The notes: generated from the sequence alone by a model not told the origin. 64,000 nt of DNA from Nitrospinaceae bacterium (GCA_965223665.1 OZ245011.1:159179-223178), one strand, 5' to 3'. Positions 38,927-48,206 are shown, counted from the stretch's first letter. A program made the numbers and translations.

Positions 38927-41900
38927 ATGGGGGAAATCATGAAATCCAAAATTCATCCAGTTTTCCAATTGTGTGTCCTTTTAGTTTTAGTGTTTTTCCC
39001 CAATTTGGCCTTTAGCGCTAACTTAAACCACACTCAAAAATCCATGGACTCCGTTCTATCGGATCCGGTATTGAGATTGGACTCTGCTAAAGCTTTAGGA
39101 CCAAACCCCTTTGAAAAACAGACTCATGGTTATTTATTAAAGATGGGGACAGTGAATTCCCAAACCGCTTATTTCCCCGAAACATTAAACTCAAAACATC
39201 CGATTGTTCTAAAAACCTTTAATGACACTGTGGAACAATCTTTGGTCTCCGATGAAGTTTATCATGCAGAGCTGAAGGGCAGGTATCTGATTTATCGTGG
39301 TAAACATAATTCTATTTTGTATCGCTATGATGTGGAGAGTCAATCGTTACGTGAGTTCGTGTATTTAGAAAACAAAACACAACTTCAAAAAGATCGTCCT
39401 GTAATTGAGTGGAAGTTTGCCGGAGCAAATCTTAAATCACAAAAAGATGGCAGTGTCATTTTAATCAAGGCGAGAGATATTAAAAATGAAGTACGCAAAA
39501 TATCGAATGATTCGATGGCGAATCGCATTCAACGATTTTTAGAAAAGAAAAATACTTCAACCAAAAATGACTCATTGATTCAGACGTTATTCATTATTCC
39601 CAAACCGGAGTTCATTGACGGCAACCAGGAGCACCATACCCAGGGATTAAATTACAGCGTCCACAATGATCAACTCGCACTTAACCTTGAACCTAACGAA
39701 CAACTTAAATTTCCCTTGTGGGTGGATCCTACAGTTGTTTTAAATTCTAATGATAATTTTGATGTTTTGATTAATGGACAAGATGCGTATGACAATTTTG
39801 GAGGAGTGGTTGTAGGTGATATCGATATTAATGGAGATGGTTTGGATGATGTGATAATTGGCGCTTCTGAGGACGACAATAATGGTGATAGGTCAGGAAG
39901 AGTTTTTATTTTTTTTGGTCGTCTCAATTGGCCCACGCCTCTTACGGCTGATACAAATGCTGATGTCATTATCAATGGAAATAGTGTGAATGGGATTTTA
40001 GGAAGAACTATTTCTGCTGGCGACATGAATAACGACGGAATCGATGACGTGATTCTTGGCCAAAATGATAATCCGGGAAGGGTTTTCGTTTTTTTTGGAC
40101 GTAATGTATGGGCTTCTTCGCTAGATATAGAAACAGATGCCAACGTGATAATTAATGGAACTGGCTTTGCAGATGGATTTGGAAACAATTTATCAGTTTT
40201 AGGAGATATAAATGGAGATGAAGTTGATGATTTAATTATTGGAGCACTTTTTGACGATAATAGTGGAAATGATTCTGGTAGCGCTTTTGTATTTTTTGGC
40301 CGTAGTTCCTGGTCTTCTCCTTTAAATGCTGACAATGACGCTGATGTCATTATAAATGGAACAAATGCGGGAGGCCTTTTTAGTGGAGGTTTAGGGAGAG
40401 GTGATTTTAACGGGGATGGATTAGGTGATTTTATTGTCCGAGCCAATGGAGGTGAATTTATATTTTTTGGCCGTAACTCTTGGTCTTCGCCATTAAATGC
40501 AGATAGTGATGCAGATGTAATTATTGATGTTCGGGGTTCAATTTCTCAGCTAGGAGGAGATATCAATAATGATGGTTTCGACGATTTAATAGTATATGCA
40601 AATAGAGAGGTCCTTATTTTTTTTGGTCGAAATGTTTGGCCATCTTCTCTCAATTCCGAAAATGCAAATATTATTTTAGATGGGGTCTTAATCACGGCTA
40701 TTTTAAATGATATTAACGAAGATGGCATTGATGACCTTATTGTGGGTGAACCCTCTGCTGATGTTAGTTTTCCTCAAGTTGGAAAAGTTTATGTTCTTTA
40801 TGGCCGAGATACTTGGCCTTCTTCATTTGAACTTGATGAATTTGCCGATATCGTTATTAATGGTGTAAAAGCAGAAGGAGGATTTGGGGGAGCAGTAACA
40901 CCTACCGGCGATGTTAATGGAGATGGTTTTGAAGATTTACTGATAGGAGCCCGTATGCATGATATCCGTGGGCAAGAGTCAGGAAGCGCTTATATTTTCT
41001 TTGGTCCTTTTAAACCTAATAACTTAAGTTTTTCAGATGCCCAAGACTCCTACATTCGACAAACTTCTCCAAGTACTAACTTTGGAAATGAAGCAGTTTT
41101 ACTTGCAGATGGAGTGGATCAAGATCCCAGTAATGGATTATTTGGTGAAGTAAGATCAGTAATTTCCTGGGATGTTTCAGATATTCCCCCCAATGCCACA
41201 ATCGAGTCAGCTACAATCGATTTATTTCATACTAATACAAGTACGGGGTCTTATGGAATCTATGAGGCTAAAGTGCCCTGGTCAGAAGAAAGTGTGACTT
41301 GGAATAATTTTGACGACCCGAATAATACAGGTACAGAATTATTGGGATTTGTGAATTCCTCCGGACCCACAAGTTTTAATCAAGCGGGATTGGATCTAAT
41401 ACAAGGTTGGATCGATGGAAGTATTCCCAATAATGGGATTATTATAAAAAGTATTGATACAAATGATGGAATAGATATTAATTCAAGTGAGGCAGCAGAT
41501 AATCAACCCGTACTTAATGTGAAATTTTCGAATGACCCTCCACCCTCTCTTCAGGTTACGGACAATTTTCAAGATGCAAAGGATGCTTATGTTTATAGCT
41601 TTACTCCAGATCAAAATTATGGGGATGATGTTAAATTAATATCCTCAGGAAATGAGCTTGCTTCTGAAGATCCCTTAAAACATCCTACTCCAATATACTC
41701 TTTGATTTCCTGGGATATTTCGTCTATTCCACAGGATGCGGTAATCCAATCAGTAAAGATCTCTTTTAACGTAACAAACGATAGTGAACAAGATTTCGAA
41801 ATTTACGAGATGATAAATAGGTGGGAAGAAGATGTTGTGACCTGGGGAAACTTTAGTTTTGGTCCGAGAGGAAGTGTGGGAAGGGAATTGTTTGGATCTT

Positions 41901-43210
41901 TCTCACCTGGGACTTTAGGTGAACATATTGTCGAATTAAATGATAAAGGTGAAGAAATAGTCCGTGAATGGATAAGAGGGACTGTCGCAAACAATGGTTT
42001 AATCATTAGGATGGAAAGAGGGGGAGAGCTCCTAGACCAACGTGATAGAGTTGAAATGAATTCAAGTGAGGCTGCTACAGGAAATCCTAAAATAGAGGTT
42101 ACTTATTTGACCTCACCTCCTCCCGGGGAAACCACAGTGGATTTGGTGAATGCGGAGGATTCGTATGTACGTGAGACATCGCCGACAGTGAATTATGGTA
42201 GTGAACCGGTTTTGTTGGCGGATGGTTCGGATGAAGATCCCGACAATAGCAATCTAGGTGAATTGTTGTCGGTTATTTCCTGGGATGTATCGGGCATTGC
42301 TAATACTTCGGTCGTGCAAAATGCACAGGTGACTCTGGATCTGTTCAATCCCAGTTCAGGGGAATACAAACTGTATGCTGTCAACACTCCTTGGGCAGAA
42401 GGGACGGTTTCCTGGAACGATGTGGGGTCGGACATTGGTTCTACGGTTCTGGGTACTATTGCTGCTGGGTCGTTAGGATCGACTGTGATTAACTTGAATG
42501 CCTCCGGTTTGGCCTTAGTGCAGGGTTGGGTTGATGGGACAATCCCTAATAACGGATTTGCGGTTAGAACCGGTGGCGCGACAAATGGGATTGATTTTAA
42601 TTCCAGTGAAGCAGGTTCCGGTCAACCTAAACTGACGATCACTTATTCGGACTCCGGTCCCCCTCCTCCAACCCCTGTGGAGGTCAACATTGGAAACGCC
42701 GAGGATTCGTATCTGCGTGAAACTTCTGGCAACACCAATTATGGAAGTGAAACTCTATTGCAGGCAGATGGAGTGGATCAAGATCCCGGCAATGGGAATT
42801 ATGGTGAATTACGACCGGTGCTTTCCTGGGATGTATCGTCAATACCTACAGATGCAGTGGTGGATTCAGCGAGTATTAATCTGAGTTTAACGGATTCCAG
42901 TACCGGCAGTTACGAACTGTTTTCTGTGAACAGTGCCTGGACCGAAGGGACTGTAGTGTGGAATGACCTGGACGGGCCCGGTGATACGGGATCTACAGTT
43001 ATTGGAACCATTACTTCCGGAATCATAGGTAATACGGTGATTAACCTGAATGCCTCTGGGGTTGCACTGGTCCAGGGCTGGATTGATGGATCGATTTCTA
43101 ACAACGGGATTATTATCAAATCCGGGGGTACCAACAACGGAATCGACATCAGTTCCAGTGAAGCCAGTTCCGGACAACCTATACTGAATGTGACCTACAC
43201 GCAACCTTGA
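38927..43210 (+). CDS. Large secreted protein (1427 aa): signal peptide, unknown ~240-aa N-domain, 7 FG-GAP repeats, 4 DNRLRE-like modules
   Basis: The signal peptide is KIHPVFQLCVLLVLVFFPNLAFSA. Seven D-x-N-x-D-G-x-D-D blades are present (DINGDGLDDVIIGA, DMNNDGIDDVILG, and so on). Four ~180-aa modules end in NSSEA..QP.L.V.Y. An alternative start is the ATG at 38939, preceded by GGGGGAA. Confidence 0.9.
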   Translation: MGEIMKSKIHPVFQLCVLLVLVFFPNLAFSANLNHTQKSMDSVLSDPVLRLDSAKALGPNPFEKQTHGYLLKMGTVNSQTAYFPETLNSKHPIVLKTFNDTVEQSLVSDEVYHAELKGRYLIYRGKHNSILYRYDVESQSLREFVYLENKTQLQKDRPVIEWKFAGANLKSQKDGSVILIKARDIKNEVRKISNDSMANRIQRFLEKKNTSTKNDSLIQTLFIIPKPEFIDGNQEHHTQGLNYSVHNDQLALNLEPNEQLKFPLWVDPTVVLNSNDNFDVLINGQDAYDNFGGVVVGDIDINGDGLDDVIIGASEDDNNGDRSGRVFIFFGRLNWPTPLTADTNADVIINGNSVNGILGRTISAGDMNNDGIDDVILGQNDNPGRVFVFFGRNVWASSLDIETDANVIINGTGFADGFGNNLSVLGDINGDEVDDLIIGALFDDNSGNDSGSAFVFFGRSSWSSPLNADNDADVIINGTNAGGLFSGGLGRGDFNGDGLGDFIVRANGGEFIFFGRNSWSSPLNADSDADVIIDVRGSISQLGGDINNDGFDDLIVYANREVLIFFGRNVWPSSLNSENANIILDGVLITAILNDINEDGIDDLIVGEPSADVSFPQVGKVYVLYGRDTWPSSFELDEFADIVINGVKAEGGFGGAVTPTGDVNGDGFEDLLIGARMHDIRGQESGSAYIFFGPFKPNNLSFSDAQDSYIRQTSPSTNFGNEAVLLADGVDQDPSNGLFGEVRSVISWDVSDIPPNATIESATIDLFHTNTSTGSYGIYEAKVPWSEESVTWNNFDDPNNTGTELLGFVNSSGPTSFNQAGLDLIQGWIDGSIPNNGIIIKSIDTNDGIDINSSEAADNQPVLNVKFSNDPPPSLQVTDNFQDAKDAYVYSFTPDQNYGDDVKLISSGNELASEDPLKHPTPIYSLISWDISSIPQDAVIQSVKISFNVTNDSEQDFEIYEMINRWEEDVVTWGNFSFGPRGSVGRELFGSFSPGTLGEHIVELNDKGEEIVREWIRGTVANNGLIIRMERGGELLDQRDRVEMNSSEAATGNPKIEVTYLTSPPPGETTVDLVNAEDSYVRETSPTVNYGSEPVLLADGSDEDPDNSNLGELLSVISWDVSGIANTSVVQNAQVTLDLFNPSSGEYKLYAVNTPWAEGTVSWNDVGSDIGSTVLGTIAAGSLGSTVINLNASGLALVQGWVDGTIPNNGFAVRTGGATNGIDFNSSEAGSGQPKLTITYSDSGPPPPTPVEVNIGNAEDSYLRETSGNTNYGSETLLQADGVDQDPGNGNYGELRPVLSWDVSSIPTDAVVDSASINLSLTDSSTGSYELFSVNSAWTEGTVVWNDLDGPGDTGSTVIGTITSGIIGNTVINLNASGVALVQGWIDGSISNNGIIIKSGGTNNGIDISSSEASSGQPILNVTYTQP
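39790..41010 (+). repeat. Seven tandem coding repeats (FG-GAP blades, period ~155-200 nt)
   Basis: The DNA motif TTTTTTGG(C/T)CG(T/A) (which encodes FFGR) recurs near 39913, 40093, 40293, 40467, 40620, 40800 and 41000. Each is preceded by a Ca-binding-like DxNxDGxDD loop. Confidence 0.85.
41025..43207 (+). repeat. Four tandem DNRLRE-like (CBM96-like) modules separated by Pro-rich linkers
   Basis: Approximate module boundaries are 41025, 41550, 42127 and 42676. Shared motifs are D(S/A)Y(I/V/L)R(Q/E)TSP..N(F/Y)G, SWD(V/I)S.IP, VPW.E..V.WN, QGW(I/V)DG.I.NNG and NSSEA. The linkers are DPPPS, SPPPG and GPPPPTP. Confidence 0.85.
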
Positions 43211-43220
43211 ACTTAAACCA

Positions 43221-43259
43221 AATCCACCTCTCAATTTTGGGAGGTGGATTTATTTTCTT
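43221..43259 (+). terminator. Rho-independent terminator after the FG-GAP/DNRLRE gene
   Basis: A perfect 10-bp stem (AATCCACCTC, 10-nt loop, GAGGTGGATT) is followed by TATTTTCTT. Confidence 0.8.
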
Positions 43260-43436
43260 ATCTTCTCCAAAAAATCCCCTGTTACTATTTTTGATAACTA
43301 TGGTCACTTTTTCATACAAAAATCTCTTAGTCCCTTTTTCTCAACACAGTTCAATTGGTCGAAAACAGTTGTTTAGAAAATTTATATGACTGATTTATCC
43401 TTCTTTCCCTAGAGCAATTTCCCAAAAATAAGGAAT

Positions 43437-43452
43437 TGGCATTAAATATGCT
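43437..43452 (+). promoter_or_regulatory. Candidate sigma54 -24/-12 element (TGGCATTAAATATGCT)
   Basis: The GG and GC are spaced exactly as in the TGGCACG-N4-TTGCW consensus. TGGCA is perfect and ATGCT matches TTGCW at 4 of 5 positions. It lies ~380 nt upstream of the metalloprotease ATG, which is far. Confidence 0.2.
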
Positions 43453-43830
43453 GTTTCGGATACTAGATATAAGTATTGGAATTTATTTGGTTCCAATTGC
43501 TTTGCTCCCATTAGAAAAAATATATTCAGATTTCTTTAAAGAATTTTTTTATAAAAGTTTTATTCAAAAAATTTAATTTTCAAACAATAAAAAAGATTTT
43601 GTTTTTCTTAATCTCATTAGGTCGATAGTTTTGAGAATATTGCAAGGAAAACAGGTTGTATATTACTCAATCCTAAAACAATGGGTTAAGTGAATTGTTG
43701 CTGCTTGTGTTCAGTAAGTAAAGTTTTACCTGAATGCTTTTTTCAATTCCAGACTTTTCTATTTATAAAAGTGTGGATAAATTTTTGAATACTTTGGATT
43801 CGTATTTTCATTTTTAAATCGAGGTCAAGA

Positions 43831-46518
43831 ATGAACCGGTATTTTTCTGGGAATTTTAATAATTTTTTTAAAAAAGTTTTGGTGGTTCTTTTAATCATGT
43901 TTGGTTTGGTCACCATTTTTAGCAGTTCATTGTTAGCCAAACCTAAATCAAAGGCGCCGAATTTATTTTTTGACCCACCCGCAAGCGATGTCCCATCAAA
44001 AAGTTTTTCAAGGGAAGGAATTAAGAAGAGTAGAGCTGCTCTTAGGACCAGAAATGTAGATATAAAAATAAATTTAAGAAAATATAAACGAATTCTACTT
44101 AATCTTTTCGAGGATATGAATTTAGAAGCGGAAAAAACTCACGTTCATATGGGGTCAAGGGGGGAAATGACCTGGAGTGGAAAACTTAAAGATGTCGAGT
44201 TTGGAACAGTTGATATTACGAAGTATAAAGGTTCTTGGGCCGGACGAGTGAGTTGGGATGGCCATTTATTTTTATTACGTCCGAGACCTAAAGGTGGAAT
44301 AACAATTGAAGAAATTGATGCAGGACTTTTACCCCCTCATAGAGACCCATTAGTTCCTGATATTGATTTTGAGCCGTTAAAAGAAAATGAAAATAATGGA
44401 GAAAATAGTCCACCGATTGCTTTGGACAGTGGCGAAACGATCGACCTCATGGTGGTCTACACTCAGGCTACCCAGGCTATTTATGGAACTAGCGGAATTG
44501 AGTCGATGATTATTAATGCAGTGGATTCTGCAAATACAGCTTATGCCAGAAGCCAAATTACAGCTCGGTTGAGGTTAGTCCATATGGCAGAAATTGATTA
44601 CACAGAAACCGGTGACATGGGTGATGCTTTAGATGAAATAACCGATGGAAATATTGCAGGAGTGGATGCTCTGAGAGACCAATACGGTGCTGATATTGTC
44701 TCTATGATTGATGAGGATTCCAATTATTGCGGTATTGCCTGGGTTATGACACCGGGTTGGTTGTCTAATAGTATGGAAAGATTAGCATTCAATGTCACGT
44801 ACAGCGGATGTTTGGGCAACCATACTATGACTCATGAGATTGGTCATAATGAAGGTTGTGCACATGATCGGGCGAACTCAAGTGTGCCGGGATCGTATCC
44901 ATACTCCCATGGGCATCGTGATACGGTTACTGGTTTTCGAACTATTATGTCTTATTCTTGTCCTGGAGGAACCTGCCCAAGAATTTCTAACTTTTCGAAT
45001 CCCAATGTTAGTTTCAGTGGAGCTCCTACAGGTATTGACCACAATTCTGACCCGGACAATTCTGCTGATAATGCTCTGTCCATGAACAATACTGATCAAA
45101 TTGTTGCCAATTGGAGGCAAGCCGTTGAACTCTCTGAACCCGATCCTCCAAGTGCTTTGGCTGCGAATGCCGTTTCAGGGGAACAAATTGATCTTGATTG
45201 GATTGATGAATCCGACAACGAGGATGGATTTTTATTAGAGCGTTCAGAAGATAATTCTAATTGGATTGAAATTGCCAGCTTGACACCAAACTCTACGAGC
45301 TACGAAGACTTGGGATTGGAAAGTGGTTTTACCTATTACTATAGAATCCGTGCGTTCAATGGAGCGGGAAACTCAGAGTTTTCAAATGTAGTGCAAGAAA
45401 CTACTTTGTCCTCTGGAATAATTAATCAAAGTTTTATAAGCAGTAAAGATTCTTATATAGTCCAAACATCTCCAAATCAAAATTTTGGAAATGCTAGTTT
45501 TCTTATGGCCGATGGGGTAGCGTTAGATGCTAATAACGGAAAATATGGGGAAGTTATGGCAGTGTTGTCCTGGGATGTTTCTTCACTTCCCAATAATGCT
45601 GTCGTTCAATCTGTTGGTATAACTGTAAACATGGAGAATACCAGTTCTGCTGATTACAATTTGTTGGAGGCAAAAGTTCCATGGTCTGAAGGAAATGTTG
45701 ATTGGAACGATTTTAGTGGTTCTTCTTCTATAGGGAACTCGGTATTGGGAGTTATCCCTCCATTGGTGTTGGGTGAACAGACATTGAATTTAAATCAAGC
45801 AGGGATAAACCTGGTACAGGGTTGGATCAGTGGAAGTGTCTCTAATCATGGCTTAATTGTCAGGACTAGTGGAACTAATAATGGAATTATTTTTAGTTCA
45901 AAAGAGTCTTCAAATCCTAAACCGACAATTCATATATCTTATACATCAGGATCTGCTCCCCAAACCGTTACAGTGAACTTTCAAAATAATGGTTCTTATT
46001 CCGGGACTCAAGATGCCATCCTTCGCCAAAGGTCGCCTAGTAGCAACTATTCTAATGATACAGAATTAGTGGCAGATGGAGTGGAACAAGATCCAAGTAA
46101 TGGGCGATATGGTGAAGTTATGTCAGTTTTGTCCTGGGATGTTTCTTCGATTCCAAACAATGCGGTGGTCCAATCGGCAAGCATCACTTTTAATATGGTT
46201 GATCCAAGTTCGGCAGATTACCATTTTTATGAAGCGAAAGTCCCCTGGGCCGAAGGATCTGTAACTTGGGATGATTTTTCAAATACATCTTCCCTGGGTA
46301 GTGCAATACTTGGAATTATTCCACCTTTGATTTGGAATACTCAGACGTTTAATCTAAACTCCTCAGGGATTAATTTATTGCAGGGTTGGATTGATGGAAG
46401 CATCTCGAATAATGGATTAGTGGTTAGAACCAGTGGAACTAACAATGGAATTATATTTAATTCCAGTGAGGCTTCTTTTGGACAGCCTATTCTTAGTATT
46501 ACGTATGACCAACCCTGA
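43831..46518 (+). CDS. Secreted or anchored metzincin (reprolysin-like) zinc metalloprotease with an FN3 domain and two DNRLRE-like modules (895 aa)
   Basis: The N-terminal hydrophobic anchor is VLVVLLIMFGLVTIFSSSLLA. HEIGHNEGCAHD (an HExxHxxGxxHD motif) lies at nt 44833..44868, with a downstream TIMSY Met-turn candidate. The FN3 domain reads PSALAANAVSGEQIDLDW...YYYRIRAFNGAGNS. Two modules are homologous to those of the upstream gene. Confidence 0.9.
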   Translation: MNRYFSGNFNNFFKKVLVVLLIMFGLVTIFSSSLLAKPKSKAPNLFFDPPASDVPSKSFSREGIKKSRAALRTRNVDIKINLRKYKRILLNLFEDMNLEAEKTHVHMGSRGEMTWSGKLKDVEFGTVDITKYKGSWAGRVSWDGHLFLLRPRPKGGITIEEIDAGLLPPHRDPLVPDIDFEPLKENENNGENSPPIALDSGETIDLMVVYTQATQAIYGTSGIESMIINAVDSANTAYARSQITARLRLVHMAEIDYTETGDMGDALDEITDGNIAGVDALRDQYGADIVSMIDEDSNYCGIAWVMTPGWLSNSMERLAFNVTYSGCLGNHTMTHEIGHNEGCAHDRANSSVPGSYPYSHGHRDTVTGFRTIMSYSCPGGTCPRISNFSNPNVSFSGAPTGIDHNSDPDNSADNALSMNNTDQIVANWRQAVELSEPDPPSALAANAVSGEQIDLDWIDESDNEDGFLLERSEDNSNWIEIASLTPNSTSYEDLGLESGFTYYYRIRAFNGAGNSEFSNVVQETTLSSGIINQSFISSKDSYIVQTSPNQNFGNASFLMADGVALDANNGKYGEVMAVLSWDVSSLPNNAVVQSVGITVNMENTSSADYNLLEAKVPWSEGNVDWNDFSGSSSIGNSVLGVIPPLVLGEQTLNLNQAGINLVQGWISGSVSNHGLIVRTSGTNNGIIFSSKESSNPKPTIHISYTSGSAPQTVTVNFQNNGSYSGTQDAILRQRSPSSNYSNDTELVADGVEQDPSNGRYGEVMSVLSWDVSSIPNNAVVQSASITFNMVDPSSADYHFYEAKVPWAEGSVTWDDFSNTSSLGSAILGIIPPLIWNTQTFNLNSSGINLLQGWIDGSISNNGLVVRTSGTNNGIIFNSSEASFGQPILSITYDQP
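45420..46515 (+). repeat. Two tandem DNRLRE-like modules (paralogues of 41025..43207)
   Basis: The motif series matches the upstream modules: DSYIVQTSPNQNFGN / DAILRQRSPSSNYSN, LSWDVSS(L/I)PNNAVVQS, EAKVPW.EG.V.W.DF, QGWI.GS.SN.GL.VRTSGTNNGI. Confidence 0.85.
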
Positions 46519-46556
46519 ATGGATGTGTTTGGCGAAAGTTGAAGTTGGATAGAAGC

Positions 46557-48206
46557 CTAGACTGTAAATTCTTTTTGTCGAGTAGCCCAATCTGCCAGTT
46601 GTTCGCGATTGATTTTCGCGTTGTGGCGGATATCTACAGGGAAAGCGGGGTGAAAAAAGAAGTTTTGGATATGTTCCACAGAAGGGTTTTCTTTCTTTAA
46701 TAATTCAAGTTCTTCAATGAGCTTTTTTTTAAATTGCGTATTGTTTATTTTCCTTACCTTTTCTAATTCTATGACAATGGCGGGTATAATTTTTCTATTT
46801 TGCTTTAGGCCTATTAAGGCTGACCTTTGGACTTCGGGGTGAGTATTAAAAATTGATTCACAAGGGATGGTGAATAAGGTTTTATCGTTTGTGACGACAC
46901 GGTGACTTTTTCTTCCGCAAAACCAAAGTCTCCCTTTTGAATCCAGATATCCCACATCACCCATTCGATGCCAAATTTGATTTCCATTTTTGATTTTAGA
47001 CAATTGATTAAATCTTTCTAGATTGAAGTATTTTTTGGTAGTCCAAGGGGCATGGACAACAACTTCACCAATTTCTCCCTGTGGCAATTCTATTGAACTA
47101 TTCCATTCTGGAATGGGATTATCTGAGATAGAAATTATTTTTAAATCAAGCCCTTCAACGGGTTTACCCACACAAGTTCCTTTTCCAAATTGGGTTTGTT
47201 CCCAAGTTTCTGACAATATCATTCTATGGTCAATCACGGCAACTGGAAGTGCTTCTGTGGCACCATAAGGTGTGAAAATATTTGCCTCAGGTTCGAGAAT
47301 TTTTTCTAATTCTTTTAACAAAGATCCTGGCACCGGAGCGCCCGCTATTAGTATCCTTTTTAAAGGGGTAAGATTTACCTCTTGATCCGAGCAATATTGA
47401 GAAATAGTTTTCCATAATGCAGGTGACCCAAAGCTACTTGTTATGGAAAAGTCTTTTATATGCTTTATAATTTTTTCTGGATTTACTTTTGCCGGCTGAG
47501 TGGGATCCATGTCAGGTATAACACTCGTCATTCCTAAAGCAACATTGAAAAGTGCGAAAAGTGGAAAGGTAGGCAAATCAAACTCTCCTGATTGAATATT
47601 AAATAAGCGGCGAAGTAACAGAACTTGATGATAAAACATCTTATGGTTATATATGACTCCTTTGGGAGGTCCAGTGCTTCCACTTGTAAATAATATTGCG
47701 GCTGGATCTTCAGGTTTAACCTCTTGTGACTGAAAAGTAGAGCTTCCATTTGTCTCAACCTGATCCAATTTTGGCCCTCCCCAGAACCAACGCCTACCTG
47801 CAGTAATGAAATTCTGAATGGATTTAAATGCTGCAGGATAAAGAAACTTGAATGCATGTGCTAAAGGAACCGCAATCATTGTTTGAGGTTTAACGTTGGT
47901 AATGCATTTCAGTATGTTTTTTTTTCCAAGACCGGGGTCTATTAATACTGGAATTGCTCCAATTTTAAATAACGCAAAAGTTGTCGCAATAAATTCTATT
48001 CCAGAGGGTATCATTAAAAGTACATGCTGATTTTTCTTGACCCCGCTTTTTATCAGACCGGATGCTAATAAATTTGATTTTTTATTGAGATCCTCATAGG
48101 TGATTTGTTCACAAGAATTATTTCGGGGAACGATGATAGCGGGATTATTGTGTATTTCCCCAGCTAGGGTCTCCAATAAAAAGGAAATGTTTTCAGGATT
48201 TTTCAT
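46557..48206 (-). CDS. AMP-dependent synthetase/ligase (fatty acyl-CoA ligase family)
   Basis: It has the AMP-binding signature LFTSGSTGPPKGV, YGATE, and a C-terminal GDVGYLDSKGRLWFCGRK. Confidence 0.85.
   Translation of the reverse strand: MKNPENISFLLETLAGEIHNNPAIIVPRNNSCEQITYEDLNKKSNLLASGLIKSGVKKNQHVLLMIPSGIEFIATTFALFKIGAIPVLIDPGLGKKNILKCITNVKPQTMIAVPLAHAFKFLYPAAFKSIQNFITAGRRWFWGGPKLDQVETNGSSTFQSQEVKPEDPAAILFTSGSTGPPKGVIYNHKMFYHQVLLLRRLFNIQSGEFDLPTFPLFALFNVALGMTSVIPDMDPTQPAKVNPEKIIKHIKDFSITSSFGSPALWKTISQYCSDQEVNLTPLKRILIAGAPVPGSLLKELEKILEPEANIFTPYGATEALPVAVIDHRMILSETWEQTQFGKGTCVGKPVEGLDLKIISISDNPIPEWNSSIELPQGEIGEVVVHAPWTTKKYFNLERFNQLSKIKNGNQIWHRMGDVGYLDSKGRLWFCGRKSHRVVTNDKTLFTIPCESIFNTHPEVQRSALIGLKQNRKIIPAIVIELEKVRKINNTQFKKKLIEELELLKKENPSVEHIQNFFFHPAFPVDIRHNAKINREQLADWATRQKEFTV

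Noticed and set aside
39670-40446. A 258-aa minus-strand ORF, and the smaller ORF at 40546..40728, inside the FG-GAP repeats
   Set aside because: The product is P/S/K-rich and low-complexity, and it is antisense to a well-supported repeat-containing gene. The open frame is a by-product of the tandem coding repeats.
42193-43234. Antisense or alternate-frame ORFs 42193..42435, 42690..42884, 42887..43234 and 42910..43149
   Set aside because: They occur only where GC rises in modules 3 and 4 of the DNRLRE gene. They have no start context or motifs, and one runs through the gene terminator. They are an artefact of composition.
43207-43389. A 60-aa plus-strand ORF in the long intergenic region, and the minus-strand ORF at 43743..43940
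   Set aside because: The first starts inside the upstream stop region and reads through the terminator hairpin. The second is antisense across the protease gene start. Neither has an SD or any recognisable sequence features.
39790-46515. Whether the tandem repeats could be a CRISPR array or a diversity-generating retroelement TR/VR pair
   Set aside because: The repeats are 155-580 nt, in-frame and protein-coding, without short spacers, so they are not a CRISPR array. No reverse transcriptase gene is present. Differences between modules involve all four bases (for example gaggattcgtatgtacgtgagaca versus gaggattcgtatctgcgtgaaact) rather than adenine-specific changes, so this is not a DGR.
38711-46556. 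Whether the giant-gene locus is a genomic island or mobile element
   Set aside because: No integrase, transposase, flanking tRNA or direct repeats are visible, and the flanks are ordinary metabolic genes. Only the internal GC step at ~42.1 kb hints at foreign DNA, and that is reported separately.
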